This document shows, in pieces, positions 36,758 to 47,700 of a DNA stretch of 64,000 nt. The notes below the pieces were generated by a model, which had not been told where the DNA came from, searched no databases, and saw only the letters and a program-made list of their open reading frames with translations. Every line of letters begins with the position of its first letter. Positions within the stretch are counted from its first letter, which is position 1. Source of the stretch: Thermodesulfobacteriota bacterium (GTDB lineage Bacteria; Desulfobacterota; Desulfarculia; JACQYL01). The stretch lies in assembly GCA_963675595.2 (NCBI GenBank), contig CAXXLZ010000002.1, positions 1,824,001-1,888,000 on the forward strand. The letters are read 5' to 3'. Position numbers and translations under genes: made by a program.

Positions 36758-38135
36758 CCGCGCCTTTTCCCGCAAGGAACAACGATGCCACTCGATTGAT
36801 GTTTCCCGCTCCCAAGGTTAGAATCAGGTCGCCCTGTCTGCAGGTTTCCAGCAGATGTCCCAAGATATCGTCCTGGTCGGCGATGAAATGGACGTCCTTG
36901 TGTCCGTGGTCGCGGATTCCCCTATACAAACTCTCACCGCTCACCCCTTCGATGGGGGCTTCCCCCGCTGCATAGATATCCGTGATCACCAAGTGATCCG
37001 CTTGGTAGAAGGATTTCACGAACTCCTCATGAAGATGGAACGAGCGGGTGTAGCGGTGCGGTTGGAAAACCACCAGGATTCGCCGGTTGCTCCAGGCACT
37101 CCTGACCGCCTCCAACGTCGCGCGAATCTCCGTTGGATGGTGGCCGTAGTCGTCCACCACCATGATGTCGTCCACAGTCCCCAGTATCTCGATGCGACGG
37201 TGTACTTGCCCCAGCCGCTGAAGGCTGGAGGCCGCCGTTTCAATGGGGACGTCCAATTCAAAACCCACGCTGATGGCGGCGAGGGCATTGTAGAGATTGT
37301 GCAGCCCCGGAAGATTCAGTCCCACCGGGCCCAACTCCGTGCCGTCTCTCACCACTCGAAAGCTCGTCAAAGGGCCTTCCCGGACGACATCCACCGCCCT
37401 CACATCGGCTTGCGCCGAAAGGCCGTAAGTGACTCTTCTTTTTTCGACCCGAGGAATCAGATCCTGCAGCCCCGGATCATCCAGGCATAAAACGCTTAAA
37501 CCGTAAAAAGGAATTCGGTTAATGAATTCAAGAAAGACTTCCCTGATTTGATCGAGCCCGTGGTAGAAATCCAGATGTTCCGCATCGATGTTGGTCACCA
37601 CGCAGATGGCGGGCGATAATCGGAGAAAAGAGCCGTCGCTTTCGTCCGCCTCGGCCACCATAAGATCGCCTTGCCCCAGTCGCACATTGCTGCCGAAGGT
37701 GGAAAGCTTGCCTCCGATCACCACGGTGGGATCGAGCCCCGCGTTGGTGAGAATCTGAGCGATCATGCTGGTGGTGGTTGTCTTGCCGTGCGCTCCCGCC
37801 ACCGCGATACCGTGTTTCGTCCGCATGAGTTCGGCGAGCATTTCCGCGCGCCGAATCACGGGAATGTTGAGTCGCCTTGCTTCCCGCACCTCGACGTTGT
37901 CTTCCTGCACCGCCGAGGACACCACCACCACGTCCGAGCCATGCACATTCTCCGCCCGATGTCCCAGAAAGGTCTCGGCCCCCAGGGAAGTCAGCCTTCG
38001 CACCACGTCGGAATCCCGCAAATCCGAGCCCCGAACCCGGAAGCCCTGGTTCAACAGGACTTCAGCGATGCCGTTCATCCCGGTTCCGCCGATTCCCACA
38101 AAAAACAGGTTACGAATCTTGGTTCGCTTCATCAT
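36741..38135 (-). CDS. murC: UDP-N-acetylmuramate--L-alanine ligase MurC
   Basis: GIGG.GM, G.HGKTTTT, EADESD, DDYGHHPTE and FQPHRY. Confidence 0.97.
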   Translation of the reverse strand: MMKRTKIRNLFFVGIGGTGMNGIAEVLLNQGFRVRGSDLRDSDVVRRLTSLGAETFLGHRAENVHGSDVVVVSSAVQEDNVEVREARRLNIPVIRRAEMLAELMRTKHGIAVAGAHGKTTTTSMIAQILTNAGLDPTVVIGGKLSTFGSNVRLGQGDLMVAEADESDGSFLRLSPAICVVTNIDAEHLDFYHGLDQIREVFLEFINRIPFYGLSVLCLDDPGLQDLIPRVEKRRVTYGLSAQADVRAVDVVREGPLTSFRVVRDGTELGPVGLNLPGLHNLYNALAAISVGFELDVPIETAASSLQRLGQVHRRIEILGTVDDIMVVDDYGHHPTEIRATLEAVRSAWSNRRILVVFQPHRYTRSFHLHEEFVKSFYQADHLVITDIYAAGEAPIEGVSGESLYRGIRDHGHKDVHFIADQDDILGHLLETCRQGDLILTLGAGNINRVASLFLAGKGADAQSA

Positions 38136-39210
38136 GACCTATCATTTCCAGGCAGGCCGCCACCGCTTCCCCGGCCGCGTGAGGACGCCCCAGGGACCGG
38201 GCCGTCTCCGCCATCCGCCGAATTTCTCCAGGCTCGGAAAGCAATTCCTCCAAAATGGACGCCAGCCGGTCCGCGGTCAGTTCGGATTCCAATACCACTC
38301 GACCGGCCCCCGCTTCTTCCCATACTCGGGCGTTCTGTTCCTGATGGCCGTGCGACGCGAACGGATACGGGACCAGAACCGCCCCCCTTCCCAGTACGGC
38401 CAATTCGGCAAGACTGGTGGCACCCGCTCTGCCGACCACCAGATCGGCGTCGCACATGGCCCTTGCCATATCCGGAATAAAAGCGCTTACCCGGCCTGCG
38501 ATTCCCAACTGCCGGTATCTTTCCGACACCGACTCTTCGTCACGCTCTCCCGTCTGATGCGTCACCCTGATGCGATCTCGAAACCGACTCAACGCGGCAA
38601 ACGCTTCAGGCGCCGTTTCGTTGAGTTTGTGAGCCCCCTGGCTGCCTCCGGTAATCAAAATATGGGGTGCCCCCTCCCCGACCGGCCTCGTACAATCCAA
38701 GAACTCAGGGCGTACCGGATTCCCCACCAGTCGAACCTGGTCGGCTTTGAAATAGGCGGCGGTCTGTTCCCAGGAGCACAGAATCAGGCGCGCCCAACGT
38801 CCCAGCAGACGATTGGTCAATCCGGGTGCGACATTTTGCTCCTGAAGCGCCAAGGGAATACCCAACAAACGAGCCGCCAGACCCACAGGGCCGGAGGAAT
38901 ATCCTCCCAACCCGATAACCAGAGCCGGTTTGATCTTAAGCAATAAAAAGAAACTTCTGAACACGCCCCGAAACGTCCGGAACGCCGCCCTCACTTTGCC
39001 CAAGCCTTTCTTGTCCGTAAGACCGGCGGAGGGAATCTTGAGACAGTCGTATCCCTTCTCATGAAGTACCTTGGCCTCGAGTCCTCTGCCGCTTCCGATA
39101 AAATGGATCGCCACGCCGGGACTTCTTCTCTCGAATTCCGCCGCCATGGCCAGACCGGGAAACAAGTGGCCTCCGGTCCCGCCTCCGGCGAATACCAAGG
39201 CGCCGATCAT
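38110..39210 (-). CDS. murG: Lipid II GlcNAc transferase MurG
   Basis: GGGTGGH, GGY, EQN..PG, GNPVR, GGSQGA, RAGA and Q..NA. Confidence 0.96.
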   Translation of the reverse strand: MIGALVFAGGGTGGHLFPGLAMAAEFERRSPGVAIHFIGSGRGLEAKVLHEKGYDCLKIPSAGLTDKKGLGKVRAAFRTFRGVFRSFFLLLKIKPALVIGLGGYSSGPVGLAARLLGIPLALQEQNVAPGLTNRLLGRWARLILCSWEQTAAYFKADQVRLVGNPVRPEFLDCTRPVGEGAPHILITGGSQGAHKLNETAPEAFAALSRFRDRIRVTHQTGERDEESVSERYRQLGIAGRVSAFIPDMARAMCDADLVVGRAGATSLAELAVLGRGAVLVPYPFASHGHQEQNARVWEEAGAGRVVLESELTADRLASILEELLSEPGEIRRMAETARSLGRPHAAGEAVAACLEMIGHDEANQDS

Positions 39211-40325
39211 TTTGCTTCCGCCCCGACCGATCGTATATTCAGCAAGATGCCGACGGCGCACAGGTTCATCATCATGGCCGAGCCTCCATAGCTCATGAAG
39301 GGCAAAGCCAACCCTTTGGTTGGAATCAAACCCATGACCACCCATACGTTCATAATGACCTGAAGTCCGATCAGCGTGGTGAGACCGAATGCGAGTAGGG
39401 AGCCGAAACTTTCCTTGGTTCCTTTCGCGACGCGAATCCCGCGTTTGAAAAAGACGAAATAAAGAATCAGGACCGCCACCACCCCCACCAATCCGCCCTC
39501 CTCACCCAAAACGGAGAGAATAAAATCCGTGTGGGGTTCCGGCAGGTAGAACAGCTTCTGTTTGCCTTCCCCAAAACCCGCTCCCAGGACGCCGCCCGAG
39601 CCGAAGGCCATAAACGAGTGAATGATTTGAAACCCGCTGTTTAGAGGGTCCGCCCAAGGATTCAGGAAGGATTTGAGTCTTTCCAGACGATACGGCTCAA
39701 GAAAAATGGCCAAAGCCAGCATGCCGACTCCCGCAAAACCCGCTCCGGCCAGATGGAGAATTCTGGCTCCCGCCACGAACAGCATGGTGATTGTAAGGAA
39801 GGTCATGAGCACGGCCGCTCCCAGGTCTTTCTGAACCAGCACGGGCATCAACAGCAAGCCGAGCACAATGAAGTGGGGAACGAACCCGATGGAAAAATCC
39901 CGGACCTTGTCCCCTTTCTTACTGAGCGAATAGGCAAGGTAGATCGTCAGGCCGATTTTCCCGAACTCCGACGGCTGGAAAGAAAACCCTCCCACATGAA
40001 GCCAACGTCTCGCCCCTCCCACTTCATGACCGATTCCCGGAATGCATACCAGCACCATGACCGCCAGGGAACCGAACAGAACCGGATAGACCATTTTCCC
40101 AAACCAATGGTAGGGCACTTGAGACAGCAGAATAAGTCCTAAAAAGCCCAAACCCGTGGCTATGATCTGCCGCTTAAGGTAGAAAAGAGAGTCCCCGTTT
40201 CGTTCCAACGCCAAAGCCGAGCTTGCGCTGTACACCATGACCAGCCCCAAACCCACGAGCACGAAAACCGTGAAGAGCAGGACCACGTCCATGGATCGGA
40301 GGGAATTCGGCTTCATATCAACCAC
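39207..40325 (-). CDS. ftsW: Peptidoglycan polymerase FtsW
   Basis: MVYSAS, GARRW, QPSE..K, LPEPHTDF, P.KG..LP..SYGG. Confidence 0.96.
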   Translation of the reverse strand: MVDMKPNSLRSMDVVLLFTVFVLVGLGLVMVYSASSALALERNGDSLFYLKRQIIATGLGFLGLILLSQVPYHWFGKMVYPVLFGSLAVMVLVCIPGIGHEVGGARRWLHVGGFSFQPSEFGKIGLTIYLAYSLSKKGDKVRDFSIGFVPHFIVLGLLLMPVLVQKDLGAAVLMTFLTITMLFVAGARILHLAGAGFAGVGMLALAIFLEPYRLERLKSFLNPWADPLNSGFQIIHSFMAFGSGGVLGAGFGEGKQKLFYLPEPHTDFILSVLGEEGGLVGVVAVLILYFVFFKRGIRVAKGTKESFGSLLAFGLTTLIGLQVIMNVWVVMGLIPTKGLALPFMSYGGSAMMMNLCAVGILLNIRSVGAEAK

Positions 40326-40326
40326 G

Positions 40327-41406
40327 TTACCTCAGTTTCAGGGTACTCATCCCTATAAGGCTCAGGATGAATGCAATAATCCAGAAACGAACGATGACCT
40401 TGGGTTCCGCCCAGCCCTTCAGTTCGAAATGATGGTGCAAAGGGGCCATGCGGAAAATCCTCCTACCGTTGGTGAGCTTGAAGTATCCCACCTGAAAAAT
40501 GACCGAAAGAGCTTCCATCGCGAAGATACCGCCCACGATCACCAGCAGAATCTCCTGTTTGATCAAGACCGCGATGGTCCCCAAAGCCCCTCCCAGGGCC
40601 AGTGACCCCGTGTCCCCCATAAATATCTGAGCCGGGTACGTGTTGTACCAGAGAAAGCCCACTCCCGCGCCCACCATGGACCCGCAGAAGACAGTGAGTT
40701 CCCCCGTGCCCGGTACGTGGGCTATCTGAAGATACCTTGCGATGACCGCGTGTCCCACCACGTAGCAGAAGACGAGATAAGTTCCGAAGGCCACGACGCC
40801 CGGCCCTATGGCGAGACCGTCCAGTCCGTCCGTCAGATTGACCGCATTGGAGGTACCCGTAATGATGAAGACGGTCAGCAGAATGTATCCCCACCCTAGA
40901 TCCGGATTGATGTCCTTGAAGAAGGGGATGGACAACCTCGAGTCGAAGTCTCCGTGGATATAGAGGAACATGGCCACCAGAAAACTTGCGGCGATCTGCC
41001 CCACCAACTTTCTTCTTCCGCTCAATCCTTTGCTCTGCCTGCGAAAGAGCTTGTAATAGTCGTCCACAAAACCGATGGCGCCACACACCAGAGTCACGAA
41101 AAGAACCACCCAGATGTACGCATTGGTGAGCCGAGCCCAAAGGAGCGTGCTGAATACCACTGAAAACAGGATCAGGACTCCTCCCATGGTCGGAGTGCCC
41201 TGTTTGGGTTTGTGCGAAGGAGGTCCGTCGTCGCGGACGTACTGACCGATCTTGTACTGCGTCAATTTCCGAATAAACCAGGGCCCCAGGACGAAGCAGA
41301 TCAGCAAGGCGGTAATCACCGCATAAATCGTCCGGAACGTGATGTAACGAAACACGTTGAACACGGGATGCAGCGTATGCAACGGATACAGCAATTCATA
41401 CAGCAT
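40327..41406 (-). CDS. mraY: Phospho-N-acetylmuramoyl-pentapeptide transferase MraY
   Basis: [25 protein letters not shown] and MAPLHHHFE. Confidence 0.97.
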   Translation of the reverse strand: MLYELLYPLHTLHPVFNVFRYITFRTIYAVITALLICFVLGPWFIRKLTQYKIGQYVRDDGPPSHKPKQGTPTMGGVLILFSVVFSTLLWARLTNAYIWVVLFVTLVCGAIGFVDDYYKLFRRQSKGLSGRRKLVGQIAASFLVAMFLYIHGDFDSRLSIPFFKDINPDLGWGYILLTVFIITGTSNAVNLTDGLDGLAIGPGVVAFGTYLVFCYVVGHAVIARYLQIAHVPGTGELTVFCGSMVGAGVGFLWYNTYPAQIFMGDTGSLALGGALGTIAVLIKQEILLVIVGGIFAMEALSVIFQVGYFKLTNGRRIFRMAPLHHHFELKGWAEPKVIVRFWIIAFILSLIGMSTLKLR

Positions 41407-42844
41407 GATTCGTCGCTCCCGCCGCGAGGCTTTCCACGACTCGTTCCATGCCCATGACCCGACTCCCTTTCACCATCACGACGTCTTCTTCCCGGACCGC
41501 TTCCATCAAGTCCGCGATCAGCTCATCCAAGGACTCGAAAAGGTGCACTCTGCCGGGTTCCATGCCGTGTTCCACGGCTCCCCGGCGTAACTGTCCCGCG
41601 AATCGCCCCAGTAGAAAGACCTCGTCGACGCCCAGCTTCCAAAGAACCGCTCCCACCTGCCGGTGAAGGGATTCGCTTTGTTCACCCAGCTCGGCCATAT
41701 CACCCAAAACGGCCAGGATCCGTCCCCCGCCCCTCAGCTTTGCCGCGGTGCTCAGTGCAGCCCTCATGCTGGCCGGATTGGCGTTATATGCGTCGTCCAA
41801 AATTCGAACGTTGTTCCTTCCCCGCAGCAGCCGGTTGCGCCCCCCCACCGGGACGAAAGACTCCAGCCCCCGCTTTACCGCTTCGGAATCCACGCCCACC
41901 GCCACCGCCGCCGCGGCGGCCGCTAGAGCGTCCTGTTCCAGATGCTCCCCGACTCCTCTGAGTACGACCTCGATGTCCCCTGCGGGAAGGTGAAGTTCCA
42001 CGCGGGTCCTCCAAAACTCCTCGCGACCCCCCGGCTCCAAAATCCGCCCGCTCTTGACCCATACCTGGGGAGAAGCTCCCGCTTGCTCGGGGTTGGCGGA
42101 ATAGACCACTTTACTTCCTTTGAAAGACTCGGCCTTTTCAACGATCCTCGGGTCGTCCGCGTTCAGCACGAAAATTGAAGAATCCGGGAGTTCCTCGATG
42201 AGCTCTCCTTTGGCTTTGGCCACGCCCTCAAGATCACCAAAGCCTTCGAGATGCGCGGGCCCCACATTGGTGATCAGCCCAACCGTGGGACGGGCAATCC
42301 GTGCCAGGCGCCGAACTTCGCCGAAGGTATTCGCTCCCATTTCCAGGACCAGAAAGTCCGTTCCGGGTTTCAGCTGAAACAGAGTAAGAGGAAGTCCCAC
42401 CAAATTATTGAAATTGCCGGGGCTCTTGAGCACCGAGCCCCTCATGGAAAGGATCGAGGCGATCATTTCCTTTGTGGTGGTTTTTCCGTTGCTTCCGGTG
42501 ATTCCGACAACGGGACCCGCAAAATTCCGCCGGACCTCCGCGGCCAAATCCCCGAGCGCAATAAGGGTGTCATCCACGCCGATGAGCCCGAACTCCGGTC
42601 CCAAGGCTTCGAGGACCGACGCCGACAATCGCTCCTCGACCACAACGGCGCCCGCGGCCCCTCTATGAAATGCCTGGGGAATAAAACCGTGAGCGTCGAA
42701 TGTATCCCCCACCAAGGCCACCAGGACCTCTCCCGGCTCGATGGTTCTCGAATCCGTTGATATACCCCGGACCTCGACATTACTTCCCGGGGCAACCATT
42801 CTTCCGCGCACGATGTCGCAGATTTGTTCCAGGGTCGGATTCAA
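41396..42844 (-). CDS. murF: UDP-MurNAc-tripeptide--D-Ala-D-Ala ligase MurF
   Basis: [33 protein letters not shown] and KGSR. Confidence 0.96.
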   Translation of the reverse strand: MNPTLEQICDIVRGRMVAPGSNVEVRGISTDSRTIEPGEVLVALVGDTFDAHGFIPQAFHRGAAGAVVVEERLSASVLEALGPEFGLIGVDDTLIALGDLAAEVRRNFAGPVVGITGSNGKTTTKEMIASILSMRGSVLKSPGNFNNLVGLPLTLFQLKPGTDFLVLEMGANTFGEVRRLARIARPTVGLITNVGPAHLEGFGDLEGVAKAKGELIEELPDSSIFVLNADDPRIVEKAESFKGSKVVYSANPEQAGASPQVWVKSGRILEPGGREEFWRTRVELHLPAGDIEVVLRGVGEHLEQDALAAAAAAVAVGVDSEAVKRGLESFVPVGGRNRLLRGRNNVRILDDAYNANPASMRAALSTAAKLRGGGRILAVLGDMAELGEQSESLHRQVGAVLWKLGVDEVFLLGRFAGQLRRGAVEHGMEPGRVHLFESLDELIADLMEAVREEDVVMVKGSRVMGMERVVESLAAGATNHAV

Positions 42845-44376
42845 GCCGCCTCCGCCTGTCTTTGGAAGGCATTCGTTACCTGTTCCACATCGTCGAAATG
42901 GAGCACCTCGGAGCCCACGAGCTGGTAGGTCTCGTGTCCCTTGCCGGCGATGAGTATCACGTCCCCGGGACGCGCCGCGTCGACCGCCGCTTGAATGGCC
43001 TTACCGCGGTCCCTCTCCACGGCATACCATCGACGGACGGGGTCCGGTTTCTCGTCGATGTTTCGTTTGGGCAGGCCCGTGGGCAGAACTCCGGCCTCGA
43101 TCTCCTCGATGATGGCATCGGGATTCTCACGACGCGGGTTGTCCGAAGTAATGATGAGCGAAGTGCTCAATTCAGCCGCGATCCGCCCCATGATGGGCCG
43201 TTTCCCCCGATCGCGATCTCCCCCGCATCCAAACACCGTAAGCACGGAACGCGGCGCCAGACTCGCCGCGCCGACCAGCACCTTTTCCAGGGCATCGGGC
43301 GTATGGGCATAATCCACTATGGCCGTTACACCGCGACTTCCTCGAACCACCTGCATTCTGCCCGGAACTCCCTGCAGAGCCCCGATCCCTGCTCGGATCG
43401 TCTCCGGAGAGACTCCCATGCACATGGCGGCGGCGGCGGCGGCCACCAAATTGTAGGCATTGACGGGACCCACCATACGTGAGCTCAGGAACAACTCATC
43501 CTCTCCCCGGCAAACCGTGACTTCCAGCCCCTGCAAATCCGCCCTGCGAATCGTTCCTCGAAAATCCGCTTCGGAGGCGAGCCCGAAGGAAAGCATCCGG
43601 CGGCCGAACAAGTCCTTCAGCTCCCTTCCATAGGGATCGTCCACGTTGCACAAGGCGTGCACGGAATCGTCGGGAGCGGCCGTGTCCCAAAGCAGGTGAA
43701 ACAGTCTCGATTTGGCCTCGAAGTAATCCCGCATGTCGGAATGATAATCCAGGTGATCCCTCGAAAGATTGGTGAACACGGCGGTAGAGAAACGGCATCC
43801 ATCCACCCGCTTCTGGTTCAGAGCGTGGGAGGAAACCTCCATGATCACAAGGGAGACGCCGGCGTCGGCCATATCTTTGAGAAGCCGCTGCAGGTCCACC
43901 GATTCGGGAGTCGTGGTGGGAGCGGGGAATTTCCGGCCCCCGTATCGGTAGTCGATGGTGCCGATGACCCCGACCTCGCGCCCCTCGGCGCGAAAAACGG
44001 ACTCCAGGAGAAACGAGGTGGTGGTTTTTCCGTTGGTGCCCGTGACGGCTATGAGCTTCAACCGACGGGAGGGTCGCCCGAAAAACCGGTGAGCCGCCAA
44101 GGCCAGCGCTTTTCTGGCGTCGTTGACGCACACTTTGGGGAGGTCGTCCGCCGGCGGAGTCGTTCCTTCCCGTGCTTGAAAAAGGAGTGCCGAAGCTCCG
44201 CGCTCCCTGGCCTGGGGCCAAAAACGCAATCCGTCGTCCTGCGCACCCTGGAGCGCCGCAAACAGCGCACCCGGAACCACTCTCCTGGAATCATAGGCCA
44301 GTTCGGTGATTTCCGGGTCCGCTACACCGATCTTATCGACGATCAGTTCGGACGGCACCAGTTCCGACAGTTTCAA
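42841..44376 (-). CDS. murE: UDP-MurNAc-dipeptide--meso-DAP ligase MurE
   Basis: TGTNGKTT, MEVSSH, DHLDYH, DYAHTPD, DNPR (DAP-type motif) and AGKGHE. Confidence 0.96.
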   Translation of the reverse strand: MKLSELVPSELIVDKIGVADPEITELAYDSRRVVPGALFAALQGAQDDGLRFWPQARERGASALLFQAREGTTPPADDLPKVCVNDARKALALAAHRFFGRPSRRLKLIAVTGTNGKTTTSFLLESVFRAEGREVGVIGTIDYRYGGRKFPAPTTTPESVDLQRLLKDMADAGVSLVIMEVSSHALNQKRVDGCRFSTAVFTNLSRDHLDYHSDMRDYFEAKSRLFHLLWDTAAPDDSVHALCNVDDPYGRELKDLFGRRMLSFGLASEADFRGTIRRADLQGLEVTVCRGEDELFLSSRMVGPVNAYNLVAAAAAAMCMGVSPETIRAGIGALQGVPGRMQVVRGSRGVTAIVDYAHTPDALEKVLVGAASLAPRSVLTVFGCGGDRDRGKRPIMGRIAAELSTSLIITSDNPRRENPDAIIEEIEAGVLPTGLPKRNIDEKPDPVRRWYAVERDRGKAIQAAVDAARPGDVILIAGKGHETYQLVGSEVLHFDDVEQVTNAFQRQAEAA

Positions 44377-46409
44377 ATCGATTGCTCCTCGCCCAGATAA
44401 ATCCTGCAGTTGCGGACCCCATCGAGAGCGGACCCCGGCGCGGGATCCTGCTTAACGACCACGCCCGTGCCCACGAGTCCCACTTCCATGCCGCGTCCGG
44501 CGAGCATGATCAGTGCGCTTCTCGCATCCAGGCCCAGAAGATTCGGCATGGTTTCCGGGTCCTCCGCCTCTTCGGCCGGAGAAATAACCGGCGAAACCGA
44601 ACGATCGCCTTCCGGGACCAAAGTGGCGGCGGAGTCGATCTCATGTTCAGCCATGTATACCTGGTCGGGCTTGATCCCCAGGTACGGAATCACCTGTTCC
44701 GCGATGTCCTTGAATACCGGTGCCGCCACCAGGCCTCCATAAATCGACTTGCGGGGCTCGTCGATCATGACCAGAAGACTCGCCTTGGGAGCGTCCGCCG
44801 GAAAATAGCCCACAAACGAAGAAACGAAGTTGCGGCCGGAATATCTTCCCGTTTTCGGGTCGACCTTCTGTGCGGTGCCCGTCTTTCCCGCCACCTTGTA
44901 TCCCTCCACGGCCGCCTTGCTTCCGGTTCCTCCGCTTTGCACCACTTTCTCGAGCATGCCGCCGACGATTTTTGCCGTCCTTTCGGATACCACCCTACGC
45001 ACGGGTTCGGTGCCGAAGGTCCGAATGACCTTTCCTTTGGGGTCCTCGAGACGTCTGACCACATGGGGCCTCATAATCATTCCGCCGTTGGCCACCGAGG
45101 AAACGGCCGTTATCAGCTGCAACGGAGAGATGCTCACCCCCTGACCGAAACAGATGGTCGCGAAGTCGATGGTAACCCAATTGCCCACCGGTCTAAGCAA
45201 GCCTCGGGTTTCGCCGGGCAAGTCGATTCCCGTGGGTTCGCCGAAACCGAATCCCTTCAGCCCGTCATAAAGTGCGGTCTTCTCAAGGCGCATGCCCACC
45301 TTGAGCGCTCCGATGTTGCTGGAAACCTGGATGATGCGATCCAGGGTCAGCCATTCGTGGGGATGAGTATCGCGAACCACATGACCCCCCACCTTGTATC
45401 GACCGTTTTCGCAGTAGATGGCCTCATCGGGACGGATGCTCCCGCTTTCCACGGCCATCATCGCGGTGAACACCTTCATGGTCGAACCCGGCTCGAAGCA
45501 GTCCACAACCACTCGGTTCCTGCGGCTGGATGCGGGGAACTTCCAGAAAAGGTTGGGATCGTAGGACGGGAAGACGCTCAACGCCATGATTTCTCCGGTC
45601 CACGGGTCCATCATGACGGCCATGCCCGATTTAGCCCGCTGTTCCACCACGGCCTTGCGAAGCGCGTTTTCCATGCGGAACTGCAGGGTCTTGTCCAGGG
45701 TGAGGACCAGGTTGTGCCCTGCCGGCTGGAACCGTTCCGGCGACTCTTCACGGTACACGGTACGTCCCAATCGATCCCGATAAATGGGAATGCTTCCCTT
45801 CTCACCCCGAAGCTCTCCCTCGAATCGCAGTTCGAGGCCTTCCAACCCCTTGCCGTCGACCCCAACAAAACCCAGCACATGAGCCGCGAGATCACGGTTG
45901 GGATAAACGCGTTTGGTTTCGGGAACAAACCTTAGGCCGGGGACCTTCAGCTTGGCCACTTCGGCCTTCTGCGTGGGCGTCAATTTTCGTTTGATCCAGA
46001 CGAACCAGCGATTCGAAGAAAGCTTTTCAAACGTATCCAGATAGTCCAGATTCAGCAGTTGAGACAGCTGCCGCGCCACGGGCTTGGGATTCTCGATTCG
46101 CTTGGACTCGGCGTACAGGGAATAGACCTCCACGCTCGAGGCCAACTGCCTGCCACGGCGGTCCGCAATATCTCCGCGCTGAGGCAAAAACGTTAAAGCG
46201 CCGGTGTATTCCTTTCTCGCGAGACTGGAAAGATGTTCGGCCTCGTACACTTGGAGGTTCACGGCGCGGACCAACGCCAGAGAGAAACAAATCGCCGCCG
46301 TAACCAGGACCACGGTCATTCGAAAAGCGGCATCGCGTTTCTTCGACTTATTCGGCCGTAAAGCGGTGTCGCGTTTCTTGGTTCTTCTCCTCGGTCTCCT
46401 CCAAAGCAT
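44373..46409 (-). CDS. ftsI: Penicillin-binding protein FtsI (PBP3) with PASTA domain
   Basis: RG.I.DR, GSTMK (SxxK), SSN and KTGTAQ; C-terminal PASTA-like segment. Confidence 0.95.
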   Translation of the reverse strand: MLWRRPRRRTKKRDTALRPNKSKKRDAAFRMTVVLVTAAICFSLALVRAVNLQVYEAEHLSSLARKEYTGALTFLPQRGDIADRRGRQLASSVEVYSLYAESKRIENPKPVARQLSQLLNLDYLDTFEKLSSNRWFVWIKRKLTPTQKAEVAKLKVPGLRFVPETKRVYPNRDLAAHVLGFVGVDGKGLEGLELRFEGELRGEKGSIPIYRDRLGRTVYREESPERFQPAGHNLVLTLDKTLQFRMENALRKAVVEQRAKSGMAVMMDPWTGEIMALSVFPSYDPNLFWKFPASSRRNRVVVDCFEPGSTMKVFTAMMAVESGSIRPDEAIYCENGRYKVGGHVVRDTHPHEWLTLDRIIQVSSNIGALKVGMRLEKTALYDGLKGFGFGEPTGIDLPGETRGLLRPVGNWVTIDFATICFGQGVSISPLQLITAVSSVANGGMIMRPHVVRRLEDPKGKVIRTFGTEPVRRVVSERTAKIVGGMLEKVVQSGGTGSKAAVEGYKVAGKTGTAQKVDPKTGRYSGRNFVSSFVGYFPADAPKASLLVMIDEPRKSIYGGLVAAPVFKDIAEQVIPYLGIKPDQVYMAEHEIDSAATLVPEGDRSVSPVISPAEEAEDPETMPNLLGLDARSALIMLAGRGMEVGLVGTGVVVKQDPAPGSALDGVRNCRIYLGEEQSI

Positions 46410-46420
46410 GAGTTCACCCC

Positions 46421-46762
46421 TCAGTCTTGGACGTCGACGATTTGATTGGGAGTCGGTGTTCGCAATCCCAATTCGGCCACTGAAATGGATTCAAGCCGCT
46501 TGGGCGACTTGAGACTCGCAAGCTCGATTTCGAGCCGCCTCGCCGTCTCTTTTTCCCTATCGATCTGTCTTTCCAGCTCGGAAATGGAATGCATCACAAG
46601 CCGGCAATTCTGACTCAGCCAAACATTGGCAAAGGCCGCCCCCAGAAGAATCAACAGAAAGAGAACGGCCACCACGAAAATGTCCCATCGAAAATCCGTC
46701 CGTGCCGCCGCCGTTCGTTTCGAAGCTGCTTTGCCTCCCGGTCGCGGCTTTCTCCCGATCAT
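46421..46762 (-). CDS. ftsL: Cell division protein FtsL
   Basis: TM plus leucine-zipper coiled coil and L..P.R.E..A..LGL; lies between rsmH and ftsI. Confidence 0.85.
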   Translation of the reverse strand: MIGRKPRPGGKAASKRTAAARTDFRWDIFVVAVLFLLILLGAAFANVWLSQNCRLVMHSISELERQIDREKETARRLEIELASLKSPKRLESISVAELGLRTPTPNQIVDVQD

Positions 46763-47697
46763 AGTTGAAGCCTCTCTGCGGCACGAAGGCGTGCACTGCG
46801 GCTTCGGGGGTTGGCGGCGACTTCATCGGGAGCGGGGTACACCGGCTTGCGCGTGAGGTTACGGAAAAGCGGCACTCCACGACAGACGCACCGGGGGACT
46901 TCCTTGGGGCAGATGCACGAGCGTTCCCAGTCCTGGATGCTCCTCTTGACCAGCCGATCCTCCAAAGAGTGGTAAGAGAGCACCACGAGCCTGCCGCCCG
47001 GAGCGATGCAGGACGGAACCGTTTTCAAGAATTCGGCCAGATGGTCGAGTTCCCGATTCACGGCGATGCGCAAAGCCTGAAAGACCCGTGTGGCCGGATG
47101 AATTTTGGCCTTGGCGGAGGGAACGGCTTCGGTTATCACAAGAGCCAAATCGCCGGTGGTTCGAAAGGGTTTTGTGCTTCTACGCTGAACAATGGCACGA
47201 GAAATTCGTCCGGAGAACTTCTCTTCCCCGTAATCACGAAAGATCCGGTACAACTCTTCTCGGGACGCTCCGTTGACCAGATCCGCGGCGGTGAAACCCT
47301 CTCGGCGATCGTAGCGCATGTCCAAAGGTCCGTCCTTGGAAAAGGCGAAACCCCGCTCGGGGTCATCCACTTGGTAAGAGGAGTAACCCAGGTCCAGGAG
47401 CACCCCGTCCACGGGAGGGAGATTCGACAGGAACAGCGCCTCCTCCAGCCCGGTGTAGCGCATGGCGAACAAAAGGAAGCGGCCCTGGTAGGATTCGAGC
47501 CTCTTGCGAGCCGTCTCCAGAGCGGACGGATCCGCATCCAGCCCCAGCAGAAATCCTCCGGGCCGGGATGCCTCGAGAATGGCGGCGGCGTGGCCGCCTT
47601 CGCCCACGGTTCCGTCCACGTAAATCCCATCCTGCCGAAGGTTGAGATACTGGATGACCTCTTGGGTCATCACGGGCTGATGGACGGCGGAGATCAA
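46759..47697 (-). CDS. rsmH: 16S rRNA m4C1402 methyltransferase RsmH (MraW)
   Basis: H.PV, D.T.G.GGH, DLG.SS.Q, LDMR, FQALRIAVN, HSLEDR and NPRSRSA.LR. Confidence 0.97.
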   Translation of the reverse strand: MISAVHQPVMTQEVIQYLNLRQDGIYVDGTVGEGGHAAAILEASRPGGFLLGLDADPSALETARKRLESYQGRFLLFAMRYTGLEEALFLSNLPPVDGVLLDLGYSSYQVDDPERGFAFSKDGPLDMRYDRREGFTAADLVNGASREELYRIFRDYGEEKFSGRISRAIVQRRSTKPFRTTGDLALVITEAVPSAKAKIHPATRVFQALRIAVNRELDHLAEFLKTVPSCIAPGGRLVVLSYHSLEDRLVKRSIQDWERSCICPKEVPRCVCRGVPLFRNLTRKPVYPAPDEVAANPRSRSARLRAAERLQL

Positions 47698-47700
47698 GAA

